Below, piece by piece: positions 13,781-26,821 of a stretch of DNA of 64,000 nucleotides (position 1 is the stretch's first letter; the number at the start of each line of letters is the position of its first letter). Both the position numbers and the translations under genes were made by a program. The DNA is taken from the NCBI GenBank assembly GCA_965153355.1, contig OZ231126.1, forward strand, positions 26,846,001 to 26,910,000. The letters are read 5' to 3'. Under the pieces are notes generated by a model that searched no databases, had not been told where the DNA came from, and was given only the letters and a program-made list of their open reading frames with translations. Source of the DNA: Flaccisagitta enflata (lineage: Eukaryota).

Positions 13781-14628
13781 ACAAGGCTGAACCATTTTTT
13801 TCCAAGATTTTCCATTTTTCCTTACACTTTGGCTATTTTTACATTTATTTTTATTTCGACATCTAAGTTTTAAAAATAAGAGTGCCAATTTTTTTCACGC
13901 AAACCTGATGAGAGCCTGAGTGGATTTCATTTAAGAACAGGAGCTGAAAACAAAAAATGTATCCGTAACAGATCAAAGAAATCATGGTGTCTTGATCATT
14001 ACAGCTGTTTTTTGAGTGTTTCTCATTTTTCTTTTGAAGATATCACTTTAGTTTGGACTCAAATGAGCCCACCAGAGTATCATCTGCCCGGAAAGTGACA
14101 ATTTACTATCTATTATGCCAGTAGAACACATTGTTGGTCAAAAATAACAGTTTTTGATGCAAAAATAAATGCAAAAATTATGTGACTGGCTAATTCACTT
14201 TTATCTTTCTCCGTGTCTTACATTGATCACTCGCTTCACCGCTTTTTGGCGCAGCGGCCCCAAAGGGCCGATGTCCTGTAGAACACGGGAGGGAATTTAA
14301 AGATGTCCGTCCATCCTTTTGTCCTTCCGTCCTTCCATCCTTCCGTCTGTCCGTCTGCCCTCCCCCCCCCCCTCGTTGACCATCAATATAATCATTAATT
14401 AAGTGATTGCATTCAAATTTTCTATTTGATTGTGGAAATGCTATTCTAAGAGAGGCTTTTTCCAGCCATCCATCGGTCTGTCAGTCCATCCGTCCGTCCA
14501 GCCTAGGTCATCAGCCCCTTCAGGGCCGCTGCCCCTGTCACCTTTACATCTTACATACACTTAGGGGCAACGGGTACCACTGACCATCTGATGCTCTTGC
14601 AACTATTTTCTCTTTCCTTTTTTTTTTT

Positions 14629-14716
<88 letters not shown>

Positions 14717-14833
14717 TCCTTTTCGGAATCAGAGGCTCCATGAAACAAGACTACCCAAGTTGGGCAGGACTTGGCCTGAAAAAGCCAATAATAAACTTTC
14801 CGCGGCTACAATAAATATACACATACTCACACT

Positions 14834-14919
<86 letters not shown>

Positions 14920-15689
14920 CGAAACTACCCAAGGACTTGGCCTGAAAAAGCCAATAACAGGGTGTGCAAAAGACTTTGCATAAACGCTGAAGCATACAGG
15001 ATGTAAAAACAATGCTTTAATTTAGTCCAGTTTTACCAAAGTAAAATTTGATTATAGTATATTGTTACTGCGGGGATACTTCAATTCAAATTTCATTTCA
15101 GTGGGCCATCTGTAAGGATGATTTTTATGTTTTATAAGCTAGAGTATCAGTGCACCTGGTAATCTCTAATAGAAAAATGTGAGATTAATGCCCGAGCAAT
15201 ACCCGAGCATACCCGACCATACCCAAGAAATACCCTAACAATACCCAAGCAATACCCAAGCAATACCCACAGTCTATGGACAAAACGACATTTGTGTATA
15301 TTGCGGTGGTGTGACATGATTCACTGACAAAGATTATTGTAGATGGTAGAAATAGAATTAGACCGTAGAACATTCCGACCTGTAGGAATCATCTCAGACT
15401 CGAGTTATTCCTGAGTGTAGGAATCATGAAATTTTCTTCGAACTCGAAAACAAATCTCACGGGAGAAAAGTCTTTAGCTCGATGAAGCAAGACTATGTCA
15501 GCTTCCAAACGTCTTTACCCTTAACACACAGAAGTGTCATCGCCTGATTTGCATCCCGAGCCCCTTGAACAGCCTGAATAAAGACAGAAACCTGCAAAAC
15601 AACAACAACAACAATTCGAAAAAAAGCAACAACAGCAGCAACAACAATAACACCTGAAACAACAACAACAACAACAACAACAACACCCG

Positions 15690-15724
<35 letters not shown>

Positions 15725-15728
15725 CCCG

Positions 15729-15790
<62 letters not shown>

Positions 15791-15841
15791 GCACCCAAAA
15801 CAACAACAACAAAAACAACAGCAACGACAACAACGACAACG

Positions 15842-15916
<75 letters not shown>

Positions 15917-15929
15917 GCAACAACAACAA

Positions 15930-17325
15930 CACAATAAAGATCTTGATTTGATGCTCCTACGGCTGGAGGCACTGACGTTGAAAAGCGGCGTCGCAGTTGA
16001 GGAAGAGAGGGGGCGGCGTCGGCTTTGTTGACATCGTCGGTGGAAGTGGATGAGTTGGGTGCTTCACATAGCAAAAGTTGGTTATTTCTTTTCACCCTGT
16101 TTACCTAATGTGGAGTGGCTTATTTTAGGACCCTTACTATTTTCATTTTATCAAAAATTGTTCATCTTCCGTTTTTAAAAACAAGGCCGAATACACGGCA
16201 ATCCAGTTGCGGACGGTTGGGCAGGAGCAGTAATGCAAAAACCCCTTGGAATTCAAAAATGTGACCTACCGACCGACCGACCTATCGACCAACCTACCGA
16301 CCGACCGACACAGCAAGGTGTAGAGTTGCGTGTCTGTGACTAAAAATCTTTTTGAGGACCTAATTTGCATAAAGCAGTGGGAATAATCAATATGCTGATA
16401 TTTTATGAATTAGCTATGACTGATTTTTTCTCTTTAAAAATTGTTTATCTATTTTTTAAGTAAGCTCTTTCACAGTTCATGTTTTGATATTTCAGTCTCT
16501 TCTCACAAAAAACATGATTTAAAAAAAAAACTGTTCTTTTAGAAACAAAACTACACAGGATTTTGCTGATTTCTGGGAATTTTGTAGGAACTTTAATGCC
16601 AAAGAATAAGGCCGGATACACAGCTACCCTAGTTGCGTACAGGTGGGCAGGAGCAGTGCTGGAGAAGGTAATCAGGGCATCTGGGCAGGAGCCATATGCT
16701 CAAAAAGCTTAAAAACACAAAAAAAGTAAAAAAGGGACTGACCAACCAACGGACCGACCATCCGACCGACCAACCAACCGACATATCGGGGTGTAGTGTC
16801 GCGTAGCACGCAACTAAAAATGGAAGACGAAAGAATTTTTTTGAAAAAAGGAAAATGGTTATCTTCATGATTTTTGTTTCTCTATATTACCTCAGTAGGG
16901 TGAAGGGATAGTCCAAACTTTTGCTATGTGAAGCACCCAAGTGAATGAGTCGACATGGCGATCAAGTGACCACCAGGTAGCGCTTTCGACTACGCTTCGT
17001 CAACAGGAAATGAGGTTTTACCATTTCGTTTGTCGCGTAAACATCAGTTGGTGGAAGATCGACAAAGAATGACGTACCGATTATGCAGTTGACGGCAAAC
17101 TGGAGAATGACAAAGGATACGATCATTCCAGAGACATTGGAGATACAACAGACAGTCGAGCAGTCAACGTCAGCGGTTGCGGGGGACGAAATGACTAACG
17201 ACGGATTAGTTGATCTGAAATTGCATTGAAATGATTTGCGAACAGACTGCAACCATGAAGTTGACAAATTGGTCGTTGCCGGCTGTAGTGACGGAAACGT
17301 GGATGACGATGACGGAAAAACGTGT
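15930..17325 (-). pseudogene. Decayed exon-like cargo inside the 11-kb element, product unknown
   Basis: After removing the 16056-16939 insertion, one minus frame is continuous apart from a single TGA (16962-16964). Other exon-like blocks lie at ~18750-19010, ~22185-22425 and ~25670-25900. Confidence 0.4.
16056..16939. mobile_element. 884-bp TIR element with TG..CA ends and 3-bp TSD
   Basis: 24-bp perfect TIR TGGGTGCTTCACATAGCAAAAGTT (imperfect to ~43 bp); AGT duplicated at 16053-16055 and 16940-16942; contains two HINE-like copies. Confidence 0.75.
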
Positions 17326-17509
17326 CTACTGTGTCAGCATGTATGAGAAAAGAAAAGAAAAGAAAAGAAAAGAAAAGAAAAGAAAAGAAAAGAAAAGAGA
17401 AAAGAAAGAGAGAGAAAAATGATATTGATAAAAAGAAAACAAAAATGAAAGAAAACTGATAGGAAATAAAGAAAACCCGACAGCTGGTGACTTGCTATGA
17501 TGATGTATA

Positions 17510-18283
17510 ACAAGGCCGGACACACGGCTACCCTAGTCGCGCGCAGGTCGGCAGGGGCAGTGCTGGAGAAGGTCACTAGGGCATCTGGGCAGGAGCCGTA
17601 TACTTAAAAAGCTCAAAAACGCCGAAAAAGTAATAGTCGCAAAAGCGTCAGATGATCAGCGGTACCCGTCGCCCCTAAGTAAGTGTATGCAAGATGTGAA
17701 GTTGAGAGGGGCAGCGGCCCCAAAGGAGCTGATGACCTATGCTGGGCTAAGATTGGAGCATTGGAGCTTGGCTTGGATTGGAGCCTCTTGGCTGGGGTTG
17801 AAGCCTCATGGCAAAGGTCCCAGCCTCAAGGCTGGAATTGAAGCCTGGAGGGGTGATTAGAGGCAATACACTGAGATTGAGGCCTCAAGGCTGGGATTGA
17901 TGCCTCAAGGCTTGAATTAGAGCCTTGAGGCTGGGATTGGAGCCTCAAGGCTGGGGTTGGAGCCTCAAGGGCGCAATTTGAGCCTCCAGGCTTGAATTGA
18001 AGCCTGAAGGCCAGGATTAGGACCTGGAGGCTGGGTTTGGAGCCTCGAGGCAAGGGGGGGCGGACGGAGGGGGAGAAGAAGGAGGAGAAGGAGAAAATCT
18101 CCCATATGTGTGTTGTGTGAAAGCATAGGTCATCGGTCCCTTCGGGGCCGCTGCCCAAAAAGGGGACCGACCGAGAAACCAACTGACCGACCAACCAACC
18201 GACTGACCAACCAACCAACCAACCAACCAACCAACCAACCAACCGACATAGCGGGGTTTAGAGTTGCGTAACACGCAACTAAA
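17510..18283 (-). mobile_element. HINE-like element with a nested GGCAGCGGCCCC-family element
   Basis: Reverse-complement equivalent of the composite at 19471-20120. Confidence 0.7.
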
Positions 18284-18495
18284 AATGTGTATTATTGCTC
18301 TTTGCATTCTTTTGATGGTTCATACATCACCAGGGACCAACGGACCTACCGAACGACCGACGGACAGAGCGTGCACGCGACCGACGGACAGAGCGTGCAC
18401 GCGACTAAAAAAGATAAAAGACAAGGAAAAGAAAAGACAAGGTAGGAAAATAAAAGACAGGAAAGAAATGAGAAGGAAAGAAAGAAAGAAAGAAA

Positions 18496-18559
<64 letters not shown>

Positions 18560-19036
18560 AGCGGCACACGCGTTTTCACACTTTCCCACTTGATCACCAC
18601 GGATGGACTGATGAACGGACTCACGGACGGACAAAGCCTCTTACAAAGACGCCAGTCCGTGACTAAGAACCGTTTTCCGCCTTTCTCAACTACCCTTTCC
18701 AATTCTATGCTTTCATATTTTCAATTTTCGTCTCTTTGGTTGCGCTCTTCGGCAGATTTTTCGTTCCTGATTCAAACGCACTTTCGGCTCCAAAGACTTT
18801 TACAAAGGCAATTATTATTGTGATTTCAACGACGATGTCGCTGTTAATGCGATGGACGACAATGATATTAAGAGATACTCATCGGGTCATCATCGTCGTC
18901 GTTCGTTGGCGGCTGCGAAGGAGGCGGCGATGGATTCAGTCATCGACGGAGGAGCGGCGTTGGCGGAAACTCAGTCGGAATATTGCTTCAAGTCGCAAAT
19001 CGAATGTCAAACTTTTTCAAATGTTGAAACGGATTT

Positions 19037-19123
<87 letters not shown>

Positions 19124-19470
19124 AGGAAGCTACTAAATCTCTGAAAAATGAAATGACTTGCTGAAAAAGTGTCACCATTATCCTCTCGCATTGTTTTGTT
19201 TCTTTTCTTTTTTCTTTTTTTTTCTTTGCTGATTTTATGAATTTTTAGTAATGATTTTTTTAATGCTTTAAGTTATATCTAGACATAAAGACAAAATTTA
19301 AAAAATTGCTCTGTTGACGCAACTTGCATTGACATAAACATTTTTTCTCTACTTCTAAAATCTCTGTAGTTTAATTGGTCAAGGCTGTAGGTGGGGATGC
19401 TACAGTTTTCAGGGGGTTCACACCTTGTATTAACCTTTTCTCTGTACTTGGCCTACTTGGCTTTGTTTTT

Positions 19471-20120
19471 AGTCGCGTGCTACGCGACTCTACACCCCGC
19501 TATGTCGGTCCGTCGGTCGGTCGGTTGGTCGGTCGGTCGGTCCCCTTTTTGGGCAGCGGCCCCGAAGGGGCCGATGACCTATGCTTTACCACAGGGCAAA
19601 TTTCTCCTCCTTCTTCTTCTTCTTCTCCTTCTCCTCCTTCGTACCCCCCCCCCCCCGCTTTCAGCCTCGAGACCCAAATCCCAGCCTCAAGGCCCAAATC
19701 CCAGCCTCAAGGCCCAAATCCCAGCCTCAAGGCCCAAATCCCAGCCTTGAGGCTCCAATTCCAACCTTGAGGCTCAAATCCCAGTCTCGAGGCTCAAATC
19801 TCAGCCAAGAGGCTCAAATCCCTGCCTCTAAGCTCAAATCCCAGCTTCAAGGCCCGATTCCAGCCTCCAGGCTCAAATAAAAACAGCATAGGTCATCGGC
19901 TCCTTCGGGGCCGCTGCCCCTCTTACCATCTCACACCCTCATACACTCACTTAGGGGCAACGGGTACCGCTGACCATCTAACGCTTTTGCGACTATTACT
20001 TTTTCGGCGTTTTTGAGCTTTTTGAGCATAGGGCTCCTGCCCAGATGCCCTAGTGACCTTCTCCAGCACCGCTCCTGCCCACCCGCACGCGACTAGGGTA
20101 GCCGTGTATCCGGCCTTGTT
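19471..20120 (+). mobile_element. DINE-1/HINE-like element (AGTCGCGTGC subfamily) with a nested 21-bp-array element (~19551-19997)
   Basis: 5' hairpin agtcgcgt-gct-acgcgact, (GGTC)n, 3' subterminal repeat gcacgcgact, stem-loop gccg-tgtatc-cggc, T-rich flanks. The nested unit has a cggccccgaaggggccg hairpin and (cccagcctcaaggcccaaatc)n. Confidence 0.75.
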
Positions 20121-20644
20121 ATAGTTGCGTGCTACTCGACTCTACACCCTGCTTTGTCGGTCCATTGGTCGATCACCTTTTACTTATTTTATTTGTTTTA
20201 CTTCGTTTAACTCATTCTAAGTCAATCAAGTCATTTTAAGTCAAACCAGGTCATTTTAAGTCATTTTACGTGATTTTAAGTCCATTTAAGTTATTTTCTT
20301 GATATTTTTTTCATATCCGTCATTCTAGGGATTTTAGGTCAATTTAAGTCAATTCAGGTTATTTAAAGTCATTTCAAGTCAGTCTAAGTCATTCAATGTA
20401 GGTATATGATAATGTAATTAAGAAATTATGGAAGTCCCGCACGCGACACATAGGTGTTGGCCATGTTTGTCGCGTGCAACGCCACTCTTTACCCGGCTTT
20501 ATCGGTCTGTTCGTCCATCCATCCATCTGTTGGTCTGTTCATTGGTCCGGCCATCACACTTTACTTCTTTGGCATTTACAGGGTTTTCGGCCCTACTGCT
20601 CCTGCCCAAATGCTCCACTGACATCAAATACGGCTGCTGCCCAC

Positions 20645-21644
20645 CAGGGTGGGGGAATTGAAGTCTCAGGTCTCAGAAACTTAGGTCAAGGTGCACACGA
20701 AAGGGCAATTTTCACTGTCAAAACATTATCTAGAAAGAAAATAAAATGATGAATTCACATTTTTTGAAAAAGAAATCATATTTTTAGTATAAATCATTTA
20801 TCTTTTTGCATTGATAATCATTAATGTGTTCAAAATCAGTTGGAAAAATTGAGTGGAAAAAAAAAGAAAATTAACATCCGTTCCTTTACTTGTCTTGCGG
20901 GAAATTCTTAATCTGTCTCTGAATGCTTATATTTGCATTTCTAAAAACAAGGCCTTATTCTCAAGACATATAAGAAAGGGATCATATTCTTAGAAATGCA
21001 AAATTTTGCATTCAGAGAGAGATTAAGAATTTCACGCAAAATGATATTCCAAACTTGCTGTTCCTGTGCACTGCAACTTATGTAATTCTACGAACTACCC
21101 CCATTTATTATAATAAAAAGATATACCAAGTATCGTGACTTTCTGACAAGTTCCTGATAGGGCTGCCACCCCCCTCCAATCATCATAGGATTCAATGGGA
21201 GCAAATTTTTGTAAATCTTTTTACCACCATATAATGGGGGGGGGGTGGCGGCCCTATCAGGGACCACTTGTAAGATGGTCATGAATCTTGGCAAATCGGA
21301 AAAAATTTCGAAGACGATGCTGATCTTTTGTTTTTATCAGGTTTTCCCGTTTGGGCGAAGCTTTAATTCGAGTAGATTCGGGTTGAAATGTATTTAACAC
21401 AGCTCTCACCTTGCCCTAACGCTAGCTCTGACCCTAACCCTAACCCTAAAACCACCCCCAACCCCAACCTTAACCCTAACCCTACCCCTAACCCTAAATA
21501 AAAACCCGCTTAGAAAGTACGTAAAACAAAAGACATCAACGAATTAGAAAACAGTACCGGCAAATCTTTTTATTATAACAAATGGGGGCAGTTTGCAGAA
21601 TTACCTAAGTTTATGACACCTATGACCTCCCAACTCCCACCCTG
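20645..21644. mobile_element. hAT-type MITE (1000 bp)
   Basis: Imperfect ~45-bp TIRs beginning CAGGGTGGG; 8-bp TSD CTGCCCAC at 20637-20644 and 21645-21652; splits the 3' end of a HINE-like element. Confidence 0.8.
21298..21558. mobile_element. Possible MuDR-like MITE containing (CCCTAA)n
   Basis: GGCAAATC on both flanks, GG..CC ends, weak TIRs sharing TCTTTTGTTTT; telomere-like repeats at ~21414-21498. Confidence 0.5.
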
Positions 21645-21964
21645 CTGCCCACCCCCACGCTACTGGGGTAGCCATATATCCGGCCATGTTCATTTTAGGT
21701 ACGCCATTGCACTTCAAAAAGAGGCACTGTCCGTTGATTGGTCTGTTTGTCTGTTGGTCATGCTCCATTTAATAATCGCGACTGATGCCCTACATGAGTT
21801 TATGTGTGCCCCTGCACACCTCTCCGCGACGAAAATGTGACCCTGCGATACTTGTGGGTTTTAAAATGAGAAAATTTTTAATTCTTCAAATCAAGTTGCT
21901 AAACAGAGGCCAATATGAAAGAAACATCAATGGATGAACAAACTTTCCTATTGACTTGAAAGTT

Positions 21965-22058
<94 letters not shown>

Positions 22059-22069
22059 AATGATTTTAC

Positions 22070-22122
<53 letters not shown>

Positions 22123-22875
22123 TTGTTGTTGTTGTTGTTGTTGTTTTTGTTGTTGTTTTTGTTTTTGTTGTTGTTGTTGTTGTTGCGGTATGCCTCGCGT
22201 AATTCAGGAGAAATCAACGGCAGGTAGTTCTGTCTTGCTGATGCCGTCTTGAAATCTTGTTTCGGCGAAGGGGCGTCATCTTCGGATGAATCACCGTCGG
22301 TGAAATTGCGCTCAGACTCGAAGTCACAATCTCTTTTCGACGAGAGAACCCGACTCACCACCACGTTAACAGTGTTACCGCAATGTCTATTGCATTGTGA
22401 CAAGTTTTTATAGTTGGATGACCTTCCTAACTACCTGGATTACCTTGCCAAACCATTTTTTGTGACTACCCCTAGGGGTAGTAAAAATTAGGTCAAATTG
22501 GCCACATTGGCATGTCCGGATTTTGTCCGGACAAGCAAATAACAAGCGAAACCTATTAAAAATAGATTATCTGATCATTTCTCAGCTTTTAATCAGTTAT
22601 CATCATTCCAATGTGATGTACAAAAAATTTCATCCTACTGTGCAAATGGTAAGTTGTTCAAATATTGTATTATCATCAAATTTTGATCCTTCTAATTTTT
22701 TTGCTATTTCATGGCAAAATCTGAGTATGCCGATTATCTTTTTTTAAAACACTATAAATTCTCAAAGTTAATCACTTTTCAGGTTTCTATCTAATAGAGG
22801 ACTACTTGAAGGACATACGCTCCAAATTTCATGCCACTGTGACACCCCAATCCCGCGTAATGACACTTTTCTTCA

Positions 22876-23108
22876 AGCGTGATTATTCTGCACACCCCCC
22901 CAGCTCTTCTGTCACGCTCATGTCACACTTTAAGTCTGTCACTGTCACGCCATTGTGAAACTGATGATGGAAATTTGGATAACACGATGAGAAAGAGCAT
23001 GAAATTTTGCATATACACTGAAAATTTCAGGTCTTAACTCCCGGGCATTCAGCCATAATGAAAATTTCCATGTGATTGGTCAGTAAATTGTTGCAGAATA
23101 ATCACGCT
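22876..23108. mobile_element. PIF/Harbinger-like MITE
   Basis: TIR AGCGTGATTATTCTGCA; TCA on both sides (TNA-type TSD; can also be read as a 5-bp TTCAA). Confidence 0.65.
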
Positions 23109-25029
23109 TCAAGATGAATCTTTGTAGTTAATTCTTTGTTATTGGTGCATGTATGCACTTACAGCAAAATGGTAAACCAAAAAAGTCAGGAAATGCCCAT
23201 ATATTGGAAACCCTTTGAGAGAGACAAAAGATTTTTTGCATGGATCAATACTGTACTGAAACTATTACGAACAGAGCATTTGGTGCATCTGGGACACATC
23301 TAACCAACCCAACCAGCCCAACCAGCCTACCACCCAAAAATTTAAAAAAACGGCATAACTTCTAAAATATTTGTCCGATTTGGCTGAAATTTTGCACAGT
23401 GGTTCTTTCAGAGAATGCCTACTTAAATTAATCGTTGCTGAAAGATTCAGTAAATTTTTGCCAACTGGCCCAACCAGCCAAAAAAGCTGCTTATAGAGAA
23501 TTTTCAAAAAAAATTGAAATCTCAATTTTTTTCAGCAGAATCGGGTCTGATTGAATTCTTGAACTGTGATTTAGTAAAATATTCCCATTTTTTTGGTTTT
23601 GCGGACTTTAACAACTCAATTTTTGCTTATTTTCGATCATTGTTTGTTGCATTTCAGCCTAATTTACATGAAAATCAAGGATCAGTAACAAAATTCAGTT
23701 TTTGAACCATGTTCATATTGACATGAGCTATCTGATTATGAATGTTTTTGACAAATTTTCTCAATTTTGAAATTGACCTATTTGGCCATCTCTCAAAAAG
23801 GAGATTATAGAAACAGCCTATATAATTTGTGAATCAGTGTTTGACATACACAGTGATCAACGCCACATAGTGTAAATTGAAATTGTACGATTCCGCCCTA
23901 TGACCGCAAGAAAGAGGAAGAAGAAGAAGAAGAAGAGGAAGAAGAAGAAGAAGAAAAAGAAAAAGAAAAAGAAAAAGAAAAAGAAAAAGAAAAAGAAAAC
24001 GTAGAGGGACGAAAGAAAAGAAAAAAAGGACAAATAAACGGCTGCCCAGTCCCGTGCGGGTGGGCAGAGGCCATATCTGAGCAGGAGCAGTGAGGTCAAA
24101 GAATAGAATCATAAAAAAGTAAAATGACACCAACAGACGGACGGACAAAGCGGAGTGTAGAGTCCCGTTGGACGCGACTAAAAAGAAGGAAGATCTAGGC
24201 CGGATACACGGCTACCCCAGTCGCGTGCGGGTGGGCAGAGACCGCATTTGAGGTCACTTGATCATTTGAGCAGGAGCAGTCCAAAGACCAAAAAAAAACA
24301 AAACAAGGCCGGATACACGCTACCCCAGTCGCGTGTGGGTGGGCAGGGGCCATAATGAGGTCAGTGGAAGATTTGGGCAGGAGCAATAAGGCCAAAACCT
24401 CCAAAAACGCCGAAAAAGTAGTGTGACGGATGGACGGACGTACCGACGGACGGATGGATGGACCGACGGCGGACCGACGGACGGACGGATGGACCGACAA
24501 AAACGGGGTGTAGAGTCGCGTGCACGCGACTAAAGTAAAGTGTGAGGACGGACGGGCGGGCGGGCGGACGGACGGACGGATGGGCGGATGGCGGGATGGA
24601 CGGATGGGCGGACGAACGGACGGACGGACGGACAGACGGACGGAGGCGGACGGACGGACGGACGGACGGACGGACGGACGGACGGACGGACGGCGGACGG
24701 ATGGATGGACAATTCCCTGCAGTCACCGCTTCAGGGAATCGGGTATCGCTGACCATGTTTGATCTTTGAATGACTAGTTTTATGTAATTGCAGTAACAGC
24801 TCCTGCCCAAATGCTCCAATGACCTCAAATGCTGCCCCTGCCAACCCAGACGCAACTGGGATACGTAGCCGTGTTTCCGACACTGTTCTATTCATTCTAA
24901 TTGTCTTAATCAGCGTCACCATTGCCCTTGTCGGCGTCGCCATCATCTTCGTCGACATTGTTACTAGTGTTACTACATTAACTGTTAAAATCAAATTAGA
25001 ATATGACAACAAGAACAGACGAATCGACC

Positions 25030-25113
25030 ATAATGATGACGATAACAGTGAAAATGATTATGATGTTGATGATGATGATGATGATGATCACGATGATGCT
25101 GGTAATGATGATA

Positions 25114-25167
<54 letters not shown>

Positions 25168-25188
25168 GTTTCAAGCCTCTCGTTTTTA

Positions 25189-25252
<64 letters not shown>

Positions 25253-25283
25253 AATTGTGATGATGATGACAATGATGACGATA

Positions 25284-25366
<83 letters not shown>

Positions 25367-25367
25367 A

Positions 25368-25431
<64 letters not shown>

Positions 25432-25480
25432 CAATGTAAATGACAATGACAATGATAATGATGACAATCATGATAATGGC
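25030..25480. repeat. (GAT)n microsatellite
   Basis: Directly visible. Confidence 0.95.
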
Positions 25481-26737
25481 AATGCCGACGGCAATAGTAA
25501 GTATTAGGAGTAAACAACAACAACAAAAGCCTCCTCTTCATCGCCACGGCAAACCAATCTGGACAATTTTTGGTAATTGAACGCCTTGTTCCTATCCCGA
25601 TTCGATGCTACCCCAAGTCCCCAATTGTCTCGTAATTGCCCCTGCCCACTCGCGCCTCTAACGTTGTGTACCTTTGAGGTCATTCTGATGCTGTGCTTGC
25701 CTGGAGTATGTTCAAGAGCAGTTACACCAACTTCCTTGGATTCGTGATCTCTTCCACGATTCGCGTTTGATTAGTATCTTGTGGGGTCTTCGTCTGACGC
25801 GGTTTCATCCATTGCCATTGCAGAATTATTCCGAATCAAATTCTCTTTGAATTCAGTGTTGAAGGATTTGATTAAAGAGAGGTTTTGAAACAAGCCCATT
25901 GGAACAAACCGTGCAGCCGCGATTTATACTGCTTGCAATCAATTCAACCCCAAGATAGCCGTGGGTCTGGTTGTTGGCTGGCCTTGAAACCAAGACAGGC
26001 GATCACAACTAAACATTTTTAGTTGCGGACACGCAACTCTATAAGGCTTTGTCCATCCGTTGGTCCGTCCGTTGGTTCGTCCGTCGGTCCGTTTGTCATG
26101 GTGATCGAGTTGAAACGAACATTTTCGACACTTTTGTGTATGTTTGAGTTTTGCGGGCCCCTGCCCAGCCGTCCGCAACGATATCGTGACCCCGCGTCAC
26201 TTGTTCTTCAACCATCGCCTCCGTAATTGTAAGTGATGCAGATCGAAACTTTTCGTTTTTCGTTATTCCTACACCTAGGAATAATTCTGATCCGAGAAGA
26301 TTTCTACGGACCGGAATATTCTACAGCCTAATTTTATTTCTACCTTTTACAATAATCTTAGTCAGTGAATCATCTCACGCAACCGCAATATACACAAATA
26401 TCGTTTTGTCCATTGACTGCCCAGGCAATACCCCAGCAATACCCAAGCATACCCAAATACCCGAGTATACTCGAGCATTCCTGAGCGATACTAAAGCAAT
26501 ACCAAATACCCGGGCATACCCGAGCATACCCAAGCAATACTCAAGTAATACCCTAGCAATACCCGAGCAATACCCAAACAATACCCGAGCAATACCCGAG
26601 CATACTCAAATACCCAAATATACCCCGGGTTTTAATCTCACCTCAGATTACGTGGTGCAGTGCAATTTTTTTTGCACACCCTGTTACTAAACTTCCCGCG
26701 GCTACGCTATACATACACATAATCACACTCACATACA

Positions 26738-26821
<84 letters not shown>

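Larger units (their letters stand above)
15270..26419. mobile_element. 11.15-kb non-autonomous TIR DNA transposon (CAG..CTG ends, 4-bp TSD)
   Basis: 155-bp colinear TIRs at 15270-15424 and 26265-26419 (about 24 mismatches by hand count); TSD CCCA at 15266-15269 and 26420-26423; interrupts one (GCAATACCC..)n array. Confidence 0.85.
14957..26684. mobile_element. Tc1/mariner-like MITE (~570 bp net), split by an 11-kb insertion
   Basis: TIR ACAGGGTGTGCAAAA / TTTTGCACACCCTGT with TA on both sides. The empty site (gccaa-ta-ataaactttccgcggctac) is visible in the neighbouring tandem unit at ~14783-14809. Confidence 0.8.

Noticed and set aside
15530-16080. Alternative genetic code (TAA=Gln or TGA sense), suggested by stops inside CAA runs and pseudo-exons
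   Set aside because: Intact genes here end at TAA or TGA and have no internal stops; C-to-T decay of CAA/CGA explains the pattern.
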